Of a stretch of 64,000 nt of DNA, positions 36,562 to 50,432 are shown piece after piece. This stretch comes from Macrostomum lignano (taxonomy: Eukaryota), in contig NIVC01000032.1 in NCBI GenBank assembly GCA_002269645.1, positions 620,001 to 684,000 on the forward strand, read 5' to 3'. The number at the start of each line of letters is the position of its first letter. Within the stretch, counting starts at the first letter, position 1. The position numbers and the translations under genes were made by a program. The notes under the pieces were generated by a model. That model saw only the letters and a program-made list of their open reading frames with translations, was not told the DNA's origin and searched no databases.

Positions 36562-37775
36562 TGAGGTGAATCTCAAAGCGCTAGTGAACTTTAACTGAGA
36601 TGAATCTCAAGGTGTCAGTATGAACTCCAACTGAGGTGAATCTCAAGGTGTCAATAAGAACTCCAACTGAGGTGAATCTCAAGGTGTCAATAAGAACTCC
36701 AACTGAGGTGAATCTCAAGGTGTCAATAAGAACTCCAACTGAGGTGAGTCTCAAGGTGTCAATAAGAACTCCAACTGAGGTGAATCTCAAGGTGTCAATA
36801 TGAACTCCAACTGAGGTGAATCTCAAGGTGTCAATAAGAACTCCAACTGAGGTGAATCTCAAGGTGTCAATAAGAACTCCAACTGAGGTGAGTCTCAAGG
36901 TGTCAATAAGAACTCCAACTGAGGTGAATCTCAAGGTGTCAATAAGAACTCCAACTGAGGTGAATCTCAAGGTGTCAATATGAACTCCAACTGAGGTGAA
37001 TCTCAAGGTGTCAATATGAACTCCAACTGAGGTGAATCTCAAGGTGTCAATAAGAACTCCAACTGAGGTGAATCTCAAGGTGTCAATAAGAACTCCAACT
37101 GAGGTGAATCTCAAGGTGTCAATAAGAACTCCAACTGAGGTGAATCTCAAGGTGTCAATATGAACTCCAACTGAGGTGAATCTCAAGGTGTCAATAAGAA
37201 CTCCAACTGAGGTGAATCTCAAGGTGTCAATAAGAACTCCAACTGAGGTGAATCTCAAGGTGTCAATAAGAACTCCAACTGAGGTGAATCTCAAGGTGTC
37301 AATAAGAACTCCAACTGAGGTGAATTGAGTCTCAAGGTGTCAATAAGAACTCCAACTGAGGTGAATCTCAAGGTGTCAATATGAACTCCAACTGAGGTGA
37401 ATCTCAAGGTGTCAATATGAACTCCAACTGAGGTGAATCTCAAGGTGTCAATAAGAACTCCAACTGAGGTGAATCTCAGGTGTCAATAAGAACTCCAACT
37501 GAGGTGAATCTCAAGGTGTCAATAAGAACTCCAACTGAGGTGAATCTCAAGGTGTCAATAAGAACTCCAACTGAGGTGAATCTCAAGGTGTCAATAAGAA
37601 CTCCAACTGAGGTGAATCTCAAGGTGTCAATAAGAACTCCAACTGAGGTGAATCTCAAGGTGTCAATAAGAACTCCAACTGAGGTGAATCTCAAGGTGTC
37701 AATAAGAACTCCAACTGAGGTGAATCTCAAGGTGTCAATAAGAACTCCAACTGAGGTGAATCTCAAGGTGTCAAT
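36562..37775. repeat. 36-bp minisatellite GAGGTGAATCTCAAGGTGTCAATAAGAACTCCAACT
   Basis: About 33 units; related to the 33-bp array at 31005. Confidence 0.94.
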
Positions 37776-38389
37776 GAAGCCCACTAAATTTCAGTTTGGG
37801 CAGGGCATGGCAAAACATCCAGACTCTCGGGTTCCTGTAACTCTTGAAACGCTACTCAATAGTGACTGTCATATAGGTAATAACCGAAATGAGCTCGCCA
37901 GCCTTCACTTCTCTAGACCGGCCCATGCATTCAAGTCCCTCCCAAATATCCGGTGAGCGCTGTCTCAGTTAGAAATCACGAGAAAGCAGATTTTAAACGA
38001 AAAACACTACAATTATAACGATTTTAAGGCCGCCTTACCTAGCGCCCTGAACGTGTTGTTGCTATGCTGATAAAAATATATGATTTTTTTTATTTCCTGC
38101 TGCAGTTTCAGGAGCGAATGTTATTCATCTTCAACCGAGTGGACCAAGCATGCCTGAGTGCATTTGTTTAAAATTTACCGCATGGTAAAAAATGCTTAAT
38201 TTCAATTATTAAATAGATTCCAAACCCAACTAGTGTTAGCTTAAATCATCCGCACTCGAGGCAATTCACTTAAGGGCGACTCATAAACACATGAAGCTCC
38301 GCTACCTACACTGCAGCTACACTAGATCGCTGCCTCTCCCTCTCCCTATCGTCAGTTCAAGCCTCTGAAGTCTACCAGCAAGTTTTTTC

Positions 38390-38553
38390 ATCTTTAGTCT
38401 ATGGCCAAACCAATGGCATCTCTTCAGAAAAAGCGCTTAAGTCTACTAACCGGTTATTCATCTTTAGTCTATGGCCAAACCAACAGCATCTCTTCATAAA
38501 AAGCGCTTAAGTCTACTAACCGGTTATTCAGCTTTAGTCTATGGCCAAACCAA
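38390..38553. repeat. 70-bp tandem duplication (about 2.3 copies)
   Basis: TCTTTAGTCTATGGCCAAACCAA...TACTAACCGGTTATT at 38391 and 38461, with a partial copy at about 38531. Confidence 0.85.
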
Positions 38554-39029
38554 CACTCAAGGACCACTAGAAGTTACCCCGAAATATACCCTGAAATAAT
38601 TCCTTATAATATGTAGCGTTTATAGATTTAAAGCGTTAAATCCTCTTAGTTTTAGTAAAAAAATTTATCAGGCGGCAGGCTGTGTTGAAGGTACCATTTG
38701 CTGCATTCCTCACCCATCAGCCCCCCCCCCCTACCAGCCCTCACGTCGCTATGATGAAAGCGCCATATGCGGACGCAGAAACCAAATGCATTTCACACTT
38801 AACAGTGTACTCGTAATATTGACCAGAAATGGGTATTAAGGGTTTAAGGGACACAGATGGTTGGCGATAGGGCGAACTGCAAATGGAAGACGATCTGAAA
38901 GTTAAAAGGTTCATTTTTAAAAAAAGTTGTTTCCGCCTGTGGCCTCGGATTTTATGGTGGTTGGGTAAAAACCCTAGAATCTTAACCGAAATATTCCTAT
39001 GATTGGGAATCTGTTAACACCGATTTTGG

Positions 39030-39268
39030 CACCACAAGCGCTTATTTTGGCGCTGCAGACACTCATTTTGGCGCTGCAGACACTCATTTTGGCGCCGTAG
39101 ACACTCATTTTGGCGCCGTAGACACTCATTTTGGCGCCGCAGGCACTCATTTTGGCGCCACAGACACTCATTTTGGCGCCACAGACACTCATTTTGGCGC
39201 CGCAGGCACTCATTTTGGCGCCGCAGGCACTCATTTTGGCGCCGCAGGCACTCATTTTGGTGCTGCAC
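39030..39268 (+). repeat. 21-bp minisatellite GCACTCATTTTGGCGCCGCAG
   Basis: About 11 units; reverse complement of the array at 40050-41057. Confidence 0.92.
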
Positions 39269-40049
39269 GCGCTATTTTTTGTCACACTGAAGCAAAATTA
39301 TTTTGATTTCCATTACGGGTCAGGTAAGGTGGGGGGACAAAGCAACAAGGTAGGGTGGGGGGACAAAGCAATTGGCATGTCCCCCCCCAAAGCCTTTACT
39401 GGGGGGGACACACGTCCCCGCTGTCCCCACCGGTGGGGACGCCCCTGAGCGTGTGCATGAGTTCGCGCCTGTGTACAGTATTGACACGCTTGCATGGCTC
39501 AGGAGTGTGCGGAATGGGCAGAATCACCTCAGCCCAGGTTGTGGGACCGTGTCGCTATAAGCATTGTGTCAAGTCGCCTGTGTCAAACTGCAATTCTTGA
39601 TTAGCATTTTGAAAGTGACCTTCTACTTCTAAAAAAGAAAAAAAGTTCCATATGAACTTTTGAATGACTTGTCTGACGGCAAATGATTTCGTATTAGCTA
39701 ATATCCATCAATTCCTCTCTACATTAATTAGATGGAGAACAGAATCCCACGAAAAAAACTATTTATGCATATTAGTTACATAAGCTGATCTGGCTTACAG
39801 CAGATATACGGTAGGGTTTTTACCCGACTTAGTTCTCTAGGGGATGCAAGTCAACCTATTTTTGGCTACTATAGTTTCATTGATACCCCTGAAAAATAAT
39901 AAAACTTTTGTCGAAGTGCTGCAGCATCTTCTTTCAGTTATTTATTCAAAAGCACTTTTTCTAAGAAACTAAATATCTAGGCAGTCACCTGTTTTTTAGT
40001 GATCTCCAGAACAAAATCTCTACGTCGTAAATTCGTTAGCGCAAAATTG

Positions 40050-41057
40050 GTGTCTGCGGCGCCAAAATGAGTGCCTGCGGCGCTAAAATGAGTGCCTGCG
40101 GCGCCAAAATGAGTGTCTGTGGCGCCAAAATGAGTGTCTGTGGCGCCAAAATGAGTGCCTGCGGCGCCAAAATGAGTGCCTGCAACGCCAAAATGAGTGC
40201 CTGCGGCGCCAAAATGAGTGCCTGCGGCGCTAAAATGAGTAGCTGCGGCGCTAGAATGAGTGCCTGCGGCGCTAAAATGAGTGCCTGCGGCGCTAAAATG
40301 AGTGCCTGCGGCGCTAAAATGAGTGCCTGCGGCGCCAAAATGAGTGTCTGTGGCGCCAAAATGAGTGCCTGCGGCGCCAAAATGAGTGCCTGCAACGCCA
40401 AAATGAGTGCCTGCGGCGCCAAAATGAGTGCCTGCGGCGCTAAAATGAGTAGCTGCGGCGCTAGAATGAGTGCCTGCGGCGCTAAAATGAGTGCCTGCGG
40501 CGCTAAAATGAGTGCCTGTGGCGCTAAAATGAGTGCCTGTGGCGCTAAAATGAGTGCCTGCGGCGCTAAAATGAGTGCCTGCGGCGCCAAAATGAGTGCC
40601 TGCGGCGCTAAAATGAGTAGCTGCGGCGCTAGAATGAGTGCCTGCGGCGCTAAAATGAGTGCCTGCGGCGCTAAAATGAGTGCCTGTGGCGCTAAAATGA
40701 GTGCCTGTGGCGCTAAAATGAGTGCCTGCGGCGCTAAAATGAGTGCCTGCGGCGCTAAAATGAGTGCCTGTGGCGCTAAAATGAGTGCCTGTGGCGCTAA
40801 AATGAGTGCCTGTGGCGCTAAAATGAGTGCCTGCGGCGCTAAAATGAGTGCCTGTGGCGCTAAAATGAGTGCCTGTGGCGCTAAAATGAGTGCCTGTGGC
40901 GCTAAAATGAGTGCCTGCGGCGCTAAAATGAGTGCCTGTGGCGCTAAAATGAGTGGCTGCGGCGCTAAAATGAGTGCCTGCGGCGCTAAAATGAGTGCCT
41001 GCGGCGCTAAAATGAGTGCCTGCGGCGCTAAAATGATTGCCTGCGGCGCCAAAGTGC
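40050..41057 (-). repeat. 21-bp minisatellite CTGCGGCG(C/T)AAAATGAGTGC (inverted relative to 39030)
   Basis: About 48 units with internal higher-order duplications. Confidence 0.94.
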
Positions 41058-41820
41058 AGATCGATGAGAACACCGATTCGGAAATATTGTACATGTAGGA
41101 ATTTATTCACACGGGGTGCACTGGGGTGTACCTGAATTTCTAATCCTCAGGCATGTACACTCTCTGCTAATTGGAGGTTAGCCCTCATGGGCAATAAATC
41201 GCAGGACAACCCCCATATGCAGGGCTAATTTTCGTGCCCCAAAACACATTTGGCCGCCACTCAAGGCTTGGGAAAATCCCTAGGGGAATTCTCCGATCCG
41301 CAGTGTAGGATTTAATCCGTGTGAAAAAAAACTGAAGTACATTAGCGCCATAATACTCTGTACTAATCAGCTACTGCCTACATGTAGTACGATGTGCTGA
41401 ACAAATATTTTATAAAAACAGCCTTGCTCTTTGCTTACCTCTTGGATTCAGCTTAGTTCCTCAAATGAGATACTGACACACGCACACTTTTAAGGCGAGA
41501 CTGAAGGTTTAACTGGAGGCTGATGCTGTGCGAACAAGTAGGATGATGTGAAGCATGAGAGATGCTTTATTAAATGCTACCAACCAACCAACCAAAGCGA
41601 CCTAGCAACAGACATGTCCCAATCCAGCCAAGCTCTCTGATTGGTTCATTCGCGTATTCACATTTGAGACAGATTTTTGCTATATGTGACAGCGGGTGAA
41701 AATTCAATAGAAAATATGTGATTTTTAACCCACAACGAGTCGTACAATGTACGTGTACTACAGATTAAAACAAATAACTTTAGTTACTAGCTGATTTCAG
41801 AAAATCACCCCAGGATCGGT

Positions 41821-43325
41821 TTTCTAGTTACTAATTTAAACAAATCACTCCCGTACCGTATTTCTAGTCACTGATTCAAACAAATCACTCCCGTACCGTA
41901 TTTCTAGTCACTGATTTAAACAAATCACTCTTGGAACGTGTTTCTAGTTACTAATTTAAACAAATCACTCCCGTACCGTATTTCTAGTCACTGATTCAAA
42001 CAAATCACTCCCGTACCGTATTTCTAGTCACTGATTTAAACAAATCACTCTTGGAACGTGTTTCTAGTTACTAATTTAAACAAATCACTCTTGGAACGTG
42101 TTTCTAGTTACTAATTTAAACAAATCACTCTTGGAACGTGTTTCTAGTCACTTATTTAAACAAATCACTCTTGGAACGTGTTTCTAGTCACTGATTTAAA
42201 CAAATCACTCTTGGAACGTGTTTCTAGTCACTGATTTAAACAAATCACTCTTGGAACGTGTTTCTAGTCACTGATGTAAACAAATCACTCTTGGAACGTG
42301 TTTCTAGTCACTGATTTAAACAAATCACACTTGGAACGTGTTTCTAGTCACTGATTTAAACAAATCACTCTTGGAACGTGTTTCTAGTCACTGATTTAAA
42401 CAAATCACTCTTGGAACGTGTTTCTAGTCACTGATGTAAACAAATCACTCTTGGAACGTGTTTCTAGTCACTGATTTAAACAAATCACACTTGGAACGTG
42501 TTTCTAGTCACTGATTTAAACAAATCACTCTTGGAACGTGTTTCTAGTCACTGATTTAAACAAATCACTCTTGGAACGTGTTTCTAGTCACTGATTTAAA
42601 CAAATCACTCTTGGAACGTGTTTCTAGTCACTGATTTAAACAAATCACTCTTGGAACGTGTTTCTAGTCACTGATTTAAACAAATCACTCTTGGAACGTG
42701 TTTCTAGTCACTGATGTAAACAAATCACTCTTGGAACGTGTTTCTAGTCACTGATTTAAACAAATCACTCTTGGAACGTGTTTCTAGTCACTGATTTAAA
42801 CAAATCACTCTTGGAACGTGTTTCTAGTCACTGATTTAAACAAATCACTCTTGGAACGTGTTTCTAGTCACTGATGTAAACAAATCACTCTTGGAACGTG
42901 TTTCTAGTCACTGATTTAAACAAATCACTCTTGGAACGTGTTTCTAGTCACTGATGTAAACAAATCACTCTTGGAACGTGTTTCTAGTCACTGATGTAAA
43001 CAAATCACTCTTGGAACGTGTTTCTAGTTACTAATTTAAACAAATCACTCTTGGAACGTGTTTCTAGTCACTGATGTAAACAAATCACTCTTGGAACGTG
43101 TTTCTAGTCACTGATTTAAACAAATCACTCTTGGAACGTGTTTCTAGTCACTGATTTAAACAAATCACTCTTGGAACGTGTTTCTAGTCACTGATGTAAA
43201 CAAATCACTCTTGGAACGTGTTTCTAGTCACTGATTTAAACAAATCACTCTTGGAACGTGTTTCTAGTTACTAATTTAAACAAATCACTCTTGGAACGTG
43301 TTTCTAGTCACTGATTTAAACAAAT
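41821..43325. repeat. 40-bp minisatellite TTTCTAGTCACTGATTTAAACAAATCACTCTTGGAACGTG
   Basis: About 37 units. The first 240 bp form a 120-bp higher-order repeat with a CCGTACCGTA variant. Confidence 0.95.
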
Positions 43326-43769
43326 CTTTCCCCTCTGTACAAAACTGCAGCTCGTGGGTGCACTTTTACGAGGTGTACTTTACTGTAATTTTCTGTACTT
43401 TTTACGAGGTATACTCGTAGTTCGTAGTCGATAGGCTACTTTACATTTAGGCCGACTGTACGTTCGTAAAACTAGGTTGGGAATTAATCTCAACTAATTT
43501 TATATCAGCACGTTCTCCGCGCGAAAGAAATATAATACCAAGACTAATGGTTGTTTTCCTGTTGCTGGGAATTCTCATTAGAAAAGGTGAGATTTTTGGC
43601 TGAGCCATTAAGTCTCAAATTTTTTCTCAGTTCAGGCCGAGTTTTCGCCGTCCATCGCTTCTCTTGATTATACCGAACCAGAAATTTCCTCAGGTAAAGG
43701 TGAAAACCGGTGATTTTTTGGGACTAGAAAATCTGAGAGAGACAAATCATTTCCCTTTCAGATTGCCCG

Positions 43770-44330
43770 GATCTGCCTCTCAGCTCTCTCTCAGTCACTG
43801 AATCTGCCTCTCAGCTCTCTTTCACTCACTGAATCTGCCTCTCAGCTCTCTTTCACTCACTGAATCTGCCTCTCAGCTCTCTTTCACTCACTGAATCTGC
43901 CTCTCAGCTCTCTTTCACTCACTGAATCTGCCTCTCCGCTCTCTCTCTCTCTCTCAGTCACTGAATCTGCCTCTCCGCTCTCTCTCTCTCTCAGTCACTG
44001 AATCTGCCTCTCCGCTCTCTCTCTCTCTCAGTCACTGAATCTGCCTCTCCGCTCTCTCTCTCTCTCTCACTCACTGAATCTGCCTCTCCGCTCTCTCTCT
44101 CTTTCACTCACTGAATCTGCCTCTCCGCTCTCTCTCTCTCTCTCAGTCACTGAATCTGCCTCTCCGCTCTCTCTCTCTTTCACTCACTGAATCTGCCTCT
44201 CCGCTCTCTCTCTCTCTCTCAGTCACTGAATCTGCCTCTCCGCTCTCTCTCTCTCTCTCTCAGTCACTGAATCTGCCTCTCTCTCTCTCTCACTCACTGA
44301 ATATGCCTCTCCGCTCTCTCTCACTCACAG
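43770..44330. repeat. Minisatellite CTGAATCTGCCTCTCCG(CT)nCAGTCA with a variable (CT)n core
   Basis: About 15 units whose length varies with the embedded microsatellite. Confidence 0.9.
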
Positions 44331-45512
44331 AATCTTGTTCTTGAAAGTACATCTGAATTTCTAACGCAGTTTTTTCAATTTTTCAGAAGCAATTTCTCGA
44401 ATGTCCTGCCTTCATTATCGGTAGAAATTTTGAAGAAAAACCAGAACCATAAAAGTATTGCATTGACCTTTCCAACACAACCCCAGCGAATTTCTATTTT
44501 CTGTGCTTCCTTAGGCCAAGTCCTTCGATTTTTTTCAGGCAACAAAGAAGTTTCAGAAAGCCATAAAAGAAGACTATACAGACAGCAGTTTTTTTACAGG
44601 CAGCAATGAGGCGCATTCCATGGCTTTGCAAATCTTGTACTATCGGAGGAGTTGCAGGGACGTCGTGCTCTGCAGCAGCTGATGCAGCAGCGGTTTGCGT
44701 GCCAGAATTAATTGGGGAAAAAGCAGGAAAACAAGAAGCAAGCGACTTCAAGCCTGACAGGTATATAAATACACTTGCACGAGCGGCTCGAAGCTTCAGG
44801 TCCCCCGGGTAGCTGGGCCACTGCTAATCAGATAGCTGAATTACGGGTTAGATAGATAATCTCCTAGAGGATAGAGGTCTAACTACAAGGTAATTAGCGC
44901 AGGAGGATATACTGCATGAGACACATTGACATCAATTGAAATGAAGGGTTATGAAATTAAGCAAGTCTAAATCAATTTTAAGGGACCCAGCAGATGGACT
45001 ACCCCTATAGTTGTAACCTTTTCTCTTCTCGCCCTTAGGGAGCAAATTTAATATTAATTGAAAAATGTGCATCCTAATGAGGCATATAAAACAGGGAATT
45101 GGAATCTTTGTGCCAAAATTAATTAAATTTGCACACGAGATGCCTTTTGGGGGCTGCGTGAGATGATGAAGATTCTGGTGCACTAATCTCTAAGCTGATT
45201 CGAGATAAGAGAAATTTTTATTAAAAGCAGAAAAGCCAGGTGTTCCACAATCGAGACAGATTTTGATGGCTGGTTTGAGGCAAATTCAAAGACTGATGTA
45301 GGGAGAAGACACTAGCAATGGAGCATTGGATTGTAAATATATTGATGTAGAATCTGTAAGCATGGCGCTTACTGAAAGAAGCACACGATATGATATTAAT
45401 TTAACCCATTGACGCTCATTTCAAAGCAATTATTTCACCTCTCTGCAAACTGCTCGTGTTATGCACTCATTATGCTACTAACAAGTAACACGGCTAGATA
45501 CTCGTAGCCTAG

Positions 45513-47493
<1,981 letters not shown>

Positions 47494-48281
47494 ACTGATT
47501 GAGAGCATGCTAATTAAAATCAACAAGAATAGCTTTCAGGTTTATGTCAAGCTTCTCAACCTGCTTGTACAACAAGAGGATTAAGCAGCTCACTCTCAAA
47601 TCCCCTCTGTCGCTTGCACACAAGCCTGACATTTTTCTTTCTCCTTTTCAATATCCCCGGAATCTCGATCGCCTAAAACAAGCCCCAACGCACCTGTAGA
47701 CCTCACTCGGTCCTCAGCTGCTCCAGAGCACGCTTCCTAATAATATCACTTTTATCTCCGCTGGGGCCACCCGGCCCCTGTTCCCAAATTCAAAATGTTT
47801 CACAAATTTCAATCTGGATTTACCAATCCATGGGCGAGCAGATGTGAAACTTAATCCGCTTCAATACCGGAATATACGATTACGAGTATAAACGGCTCTT
47901 GTTTCACAAGTACAGTCAAGTGAAGCGATAAACAAAACCAGAGTGGAAGCTGAGGCGAAGAGGAAAGGGGATGAGAAGGAGAGGATGGAGAAAATGGGGA
48001 AGATGAGAGAGTGGAGACTGGGGGAGTGGAGTACAGTGTGTACAGAATAGAGAGGAGAGAAGGGAGAGGGGAGAGGGGAGAGCAGGAGAGAAGGGAGAGG
48101 GGAGAGGGGAGAGGGAGAGGGGAGAGGAGAGAAGGGAGAGGGGAGAGGGGAGAGGAGAGAGGGGAGAGTGGAGACAGAAGAAGGGAGAAAGGAGTGTGGA
48201 CTCTGGAGAGAACGGATTAGCGGGAGTACGTGTAAGCAATGACCGTTGAAGAGACGAGGGAGACAGGTGATAGGTGATAAG

Positions 48282-49214
48282 AAGGGATGTCGATTCCCCG
48301 GGGAATTTTCTTATCGGGGACCCCGGGGAATTCACTATCATTCCCTGGGGACCCCGGGGAAAAGAAAAAGAAGTAAAAAACGGTGGATAACTTAGATCTT
48401 AGGTGGCATTTTTTAACTTTGATTGAAGCTTTGGACTACATGTCCAAAGGTCTTGTCATTATTTTAAACGTTTTTTCCAATAAGACCAATTCAACGTGAA
48501 AAATAGATTAATGCTTCGTTAGAGCAGCATGTGAGGCACAAAATAGTGTGATTAGAACTTTCTCTGACACTGTTAAAAGACCCAATCACTGTTTTAGCTC
48601 GTAGTGTTGAAAATCGTGAAAATCGTGAAAATCGTGAAAATCCTATCTCCGTAGTGTTCTTTTCCGGTGAAACCTGCCTTTAAAACTATTTCTGAACGAA
48701 AAGCTTTATGAATATCGATGGAGCAATAAGACAGGCACAACATAATAAAAGATGAACACTGGATCTGCCTCCTATCAAAAGCAATGACAATTTTTGTGCT
48801 GAAAAAATTAAAACCTCCTATCTCTGTAGTGTATTTTTCGGCGAAAAGTTGCCTTCAAAACATTTACCATAGATTTCGAGTGTTGATTCATATATATATG
48901 TTACTGGAGTAGTCCTTGTGCGCAAGGGTAAAAAAATTAAACCATGTTTATTTAAAACTGTATTTGACAACGTGGCATCACCAAATTCAAGCGTGTGTTG
49001 TGTTTGAAATAGTGCATTGAAATAAGCAATTATGCAGTAAAAGACTAAAAAGAGCATAAACATAGTTTCAATAAGCTTTCTGTGAATAATTTTCTTATTT
49101 AAATGGCAAAAATTAAGTTACAAATGCATTTTTATGTTTTTCTCCCCGGGGTCCCCGGTCTAATTCCCCGGTGAGTATTATTCCCCGACAAGCTCCCCGG
49201 GGTCGACATCCCTA
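48282..49214. mobile_element. Non-autonomous hAT-type MITE, 933 bp
   Basis: Imperfect TIRs (A/T)AGGGATGTCGA..CCCCGGGGA with subterminal CCCCGGGG repeats at both ends. Flanks GTGATAAG and GTGATGAT match at 6/8, consistent with a decayed 8-bp TSD. No ORF. Confidence 0.7.
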
Positions 49215-50101
49215 GTGATGATGATGAGAGAAGGAAGAAGAGACAATAAGGATTAGTCTGAGCATATAGATGACGCATATCTTCTATCGTAGCTTTACTC
49301 CAATGGGGAGCTTGAGTAGTCCGCAATATACTAAAAATATATGTTAGCAATGTGCAAAGCATATTTGGAAACTAAACTTGGCGTTTCATTTGGAAATGAT
49401 GGGGTAGAGACGTGATAGAGCAGTGGACCGTGGGCCGTTGCATGAAACTACTTATCTAGCTACTGGCATAAATTATTACAGCAAGGCAATTATTTCCGAT
49501 CCTGTTATACTTTGGAAGTATAACTGCAAAACTTATTCAATGCTGAGTGCAGAGAAATATGATTCAGATTTTCTATGGCATGGCATGCGATTATCTAAGC
49601 TAATACTACGAGCGTAAAGGTTTTATTACGAATGGATGGTGAATAGAATAGTATCAATCAAAAATAAGGTTTTTCAAGCGGTAAGGTAAAATAATTATGC
49701 TTAATTAATATCTAGTGTAAACCCTCAAAGCCAAGTCCAGGTTCCAGTTCCAGATTATATCTAAGCGTAAAGTTATCGGTTTTTCTAATTATAGATCATA
49801 GCGTATATATTCGTCATTCGATTTTAATTTGCGTAGAGGCGCAAAAACATGGCAATGCGTGAGTGGATGGGGTTGAAGCGGTCCACGTGTTTGAAGTGGA
49901 GGGGTGGCTATTGCGTACATACGGTGAAACGCGCATGTACATTTCAGTTCTGTGTACAAAGCTCCCCTCTCCCCCCTGTCAATAGAGTCTGACTGCCTTT
50001 CGTGGAGCTAAACTTTTATCGATCGTCCTCCAAATAGGAAAGGAGGGTGGAAGGAGGGAGGGGGCTGGGGGAGGCCCTGAATTCAGCTGAATTGGGCAGA
50101 A

Positions 50102-50158
50102 GGGCGGGCGGGCGTGGCGAATGGAGGGAATTCCCTCTCTATAACAGCCAATGACGTC
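50102..50158 (+). promoter_or_regulatory. Candidate promoter of the Mad/Mnt-like gene: GC boxes, CCAAT and CRE-like site
   Basis: GGGCGGGCGGGCG at 50102-50114 and overlapping CCAAT/TGACGTC at 50148-50158, about 275 bp upstream of ATG 50433. Confidence 0.5.
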
Positions 50159-50432
50159 GGGTTTTAAGGCCCAATTCAAAACAAGCCCACTCACCCCTTG
50201 CTTTTCTTGAATAAAGCGCCTTGCCCTTGTATATGCTGGGTGTGTATGCGACACACGAGAAGAAAGACCCACTGTATTTGTGACGTTTAAGTTTTTGAGT
50301 TTTTTGTAATGGTGGTAGAGAAGTCAACCAATTAATTTAAGTTAAGCTTGCCTTACCGACATATATTTTTTACAGGTAAACTTTTTTACAGATTATTCAT
50401 CTTTTGGTCAAAGTCAAAGACAAGCTATTTTG

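Noticed and set aside
39977-41110. Three overlapping 343-377 aa ORFs
   Set aside because: Artefacts of a stop-free 21-bp repeat, open in several frames on both strands.
44494-44812. Short ORFs near a TATATAAA motif
   Set aside because: No recognisable domain, no consistent exon chain, and overlapping ORFs on both strands.
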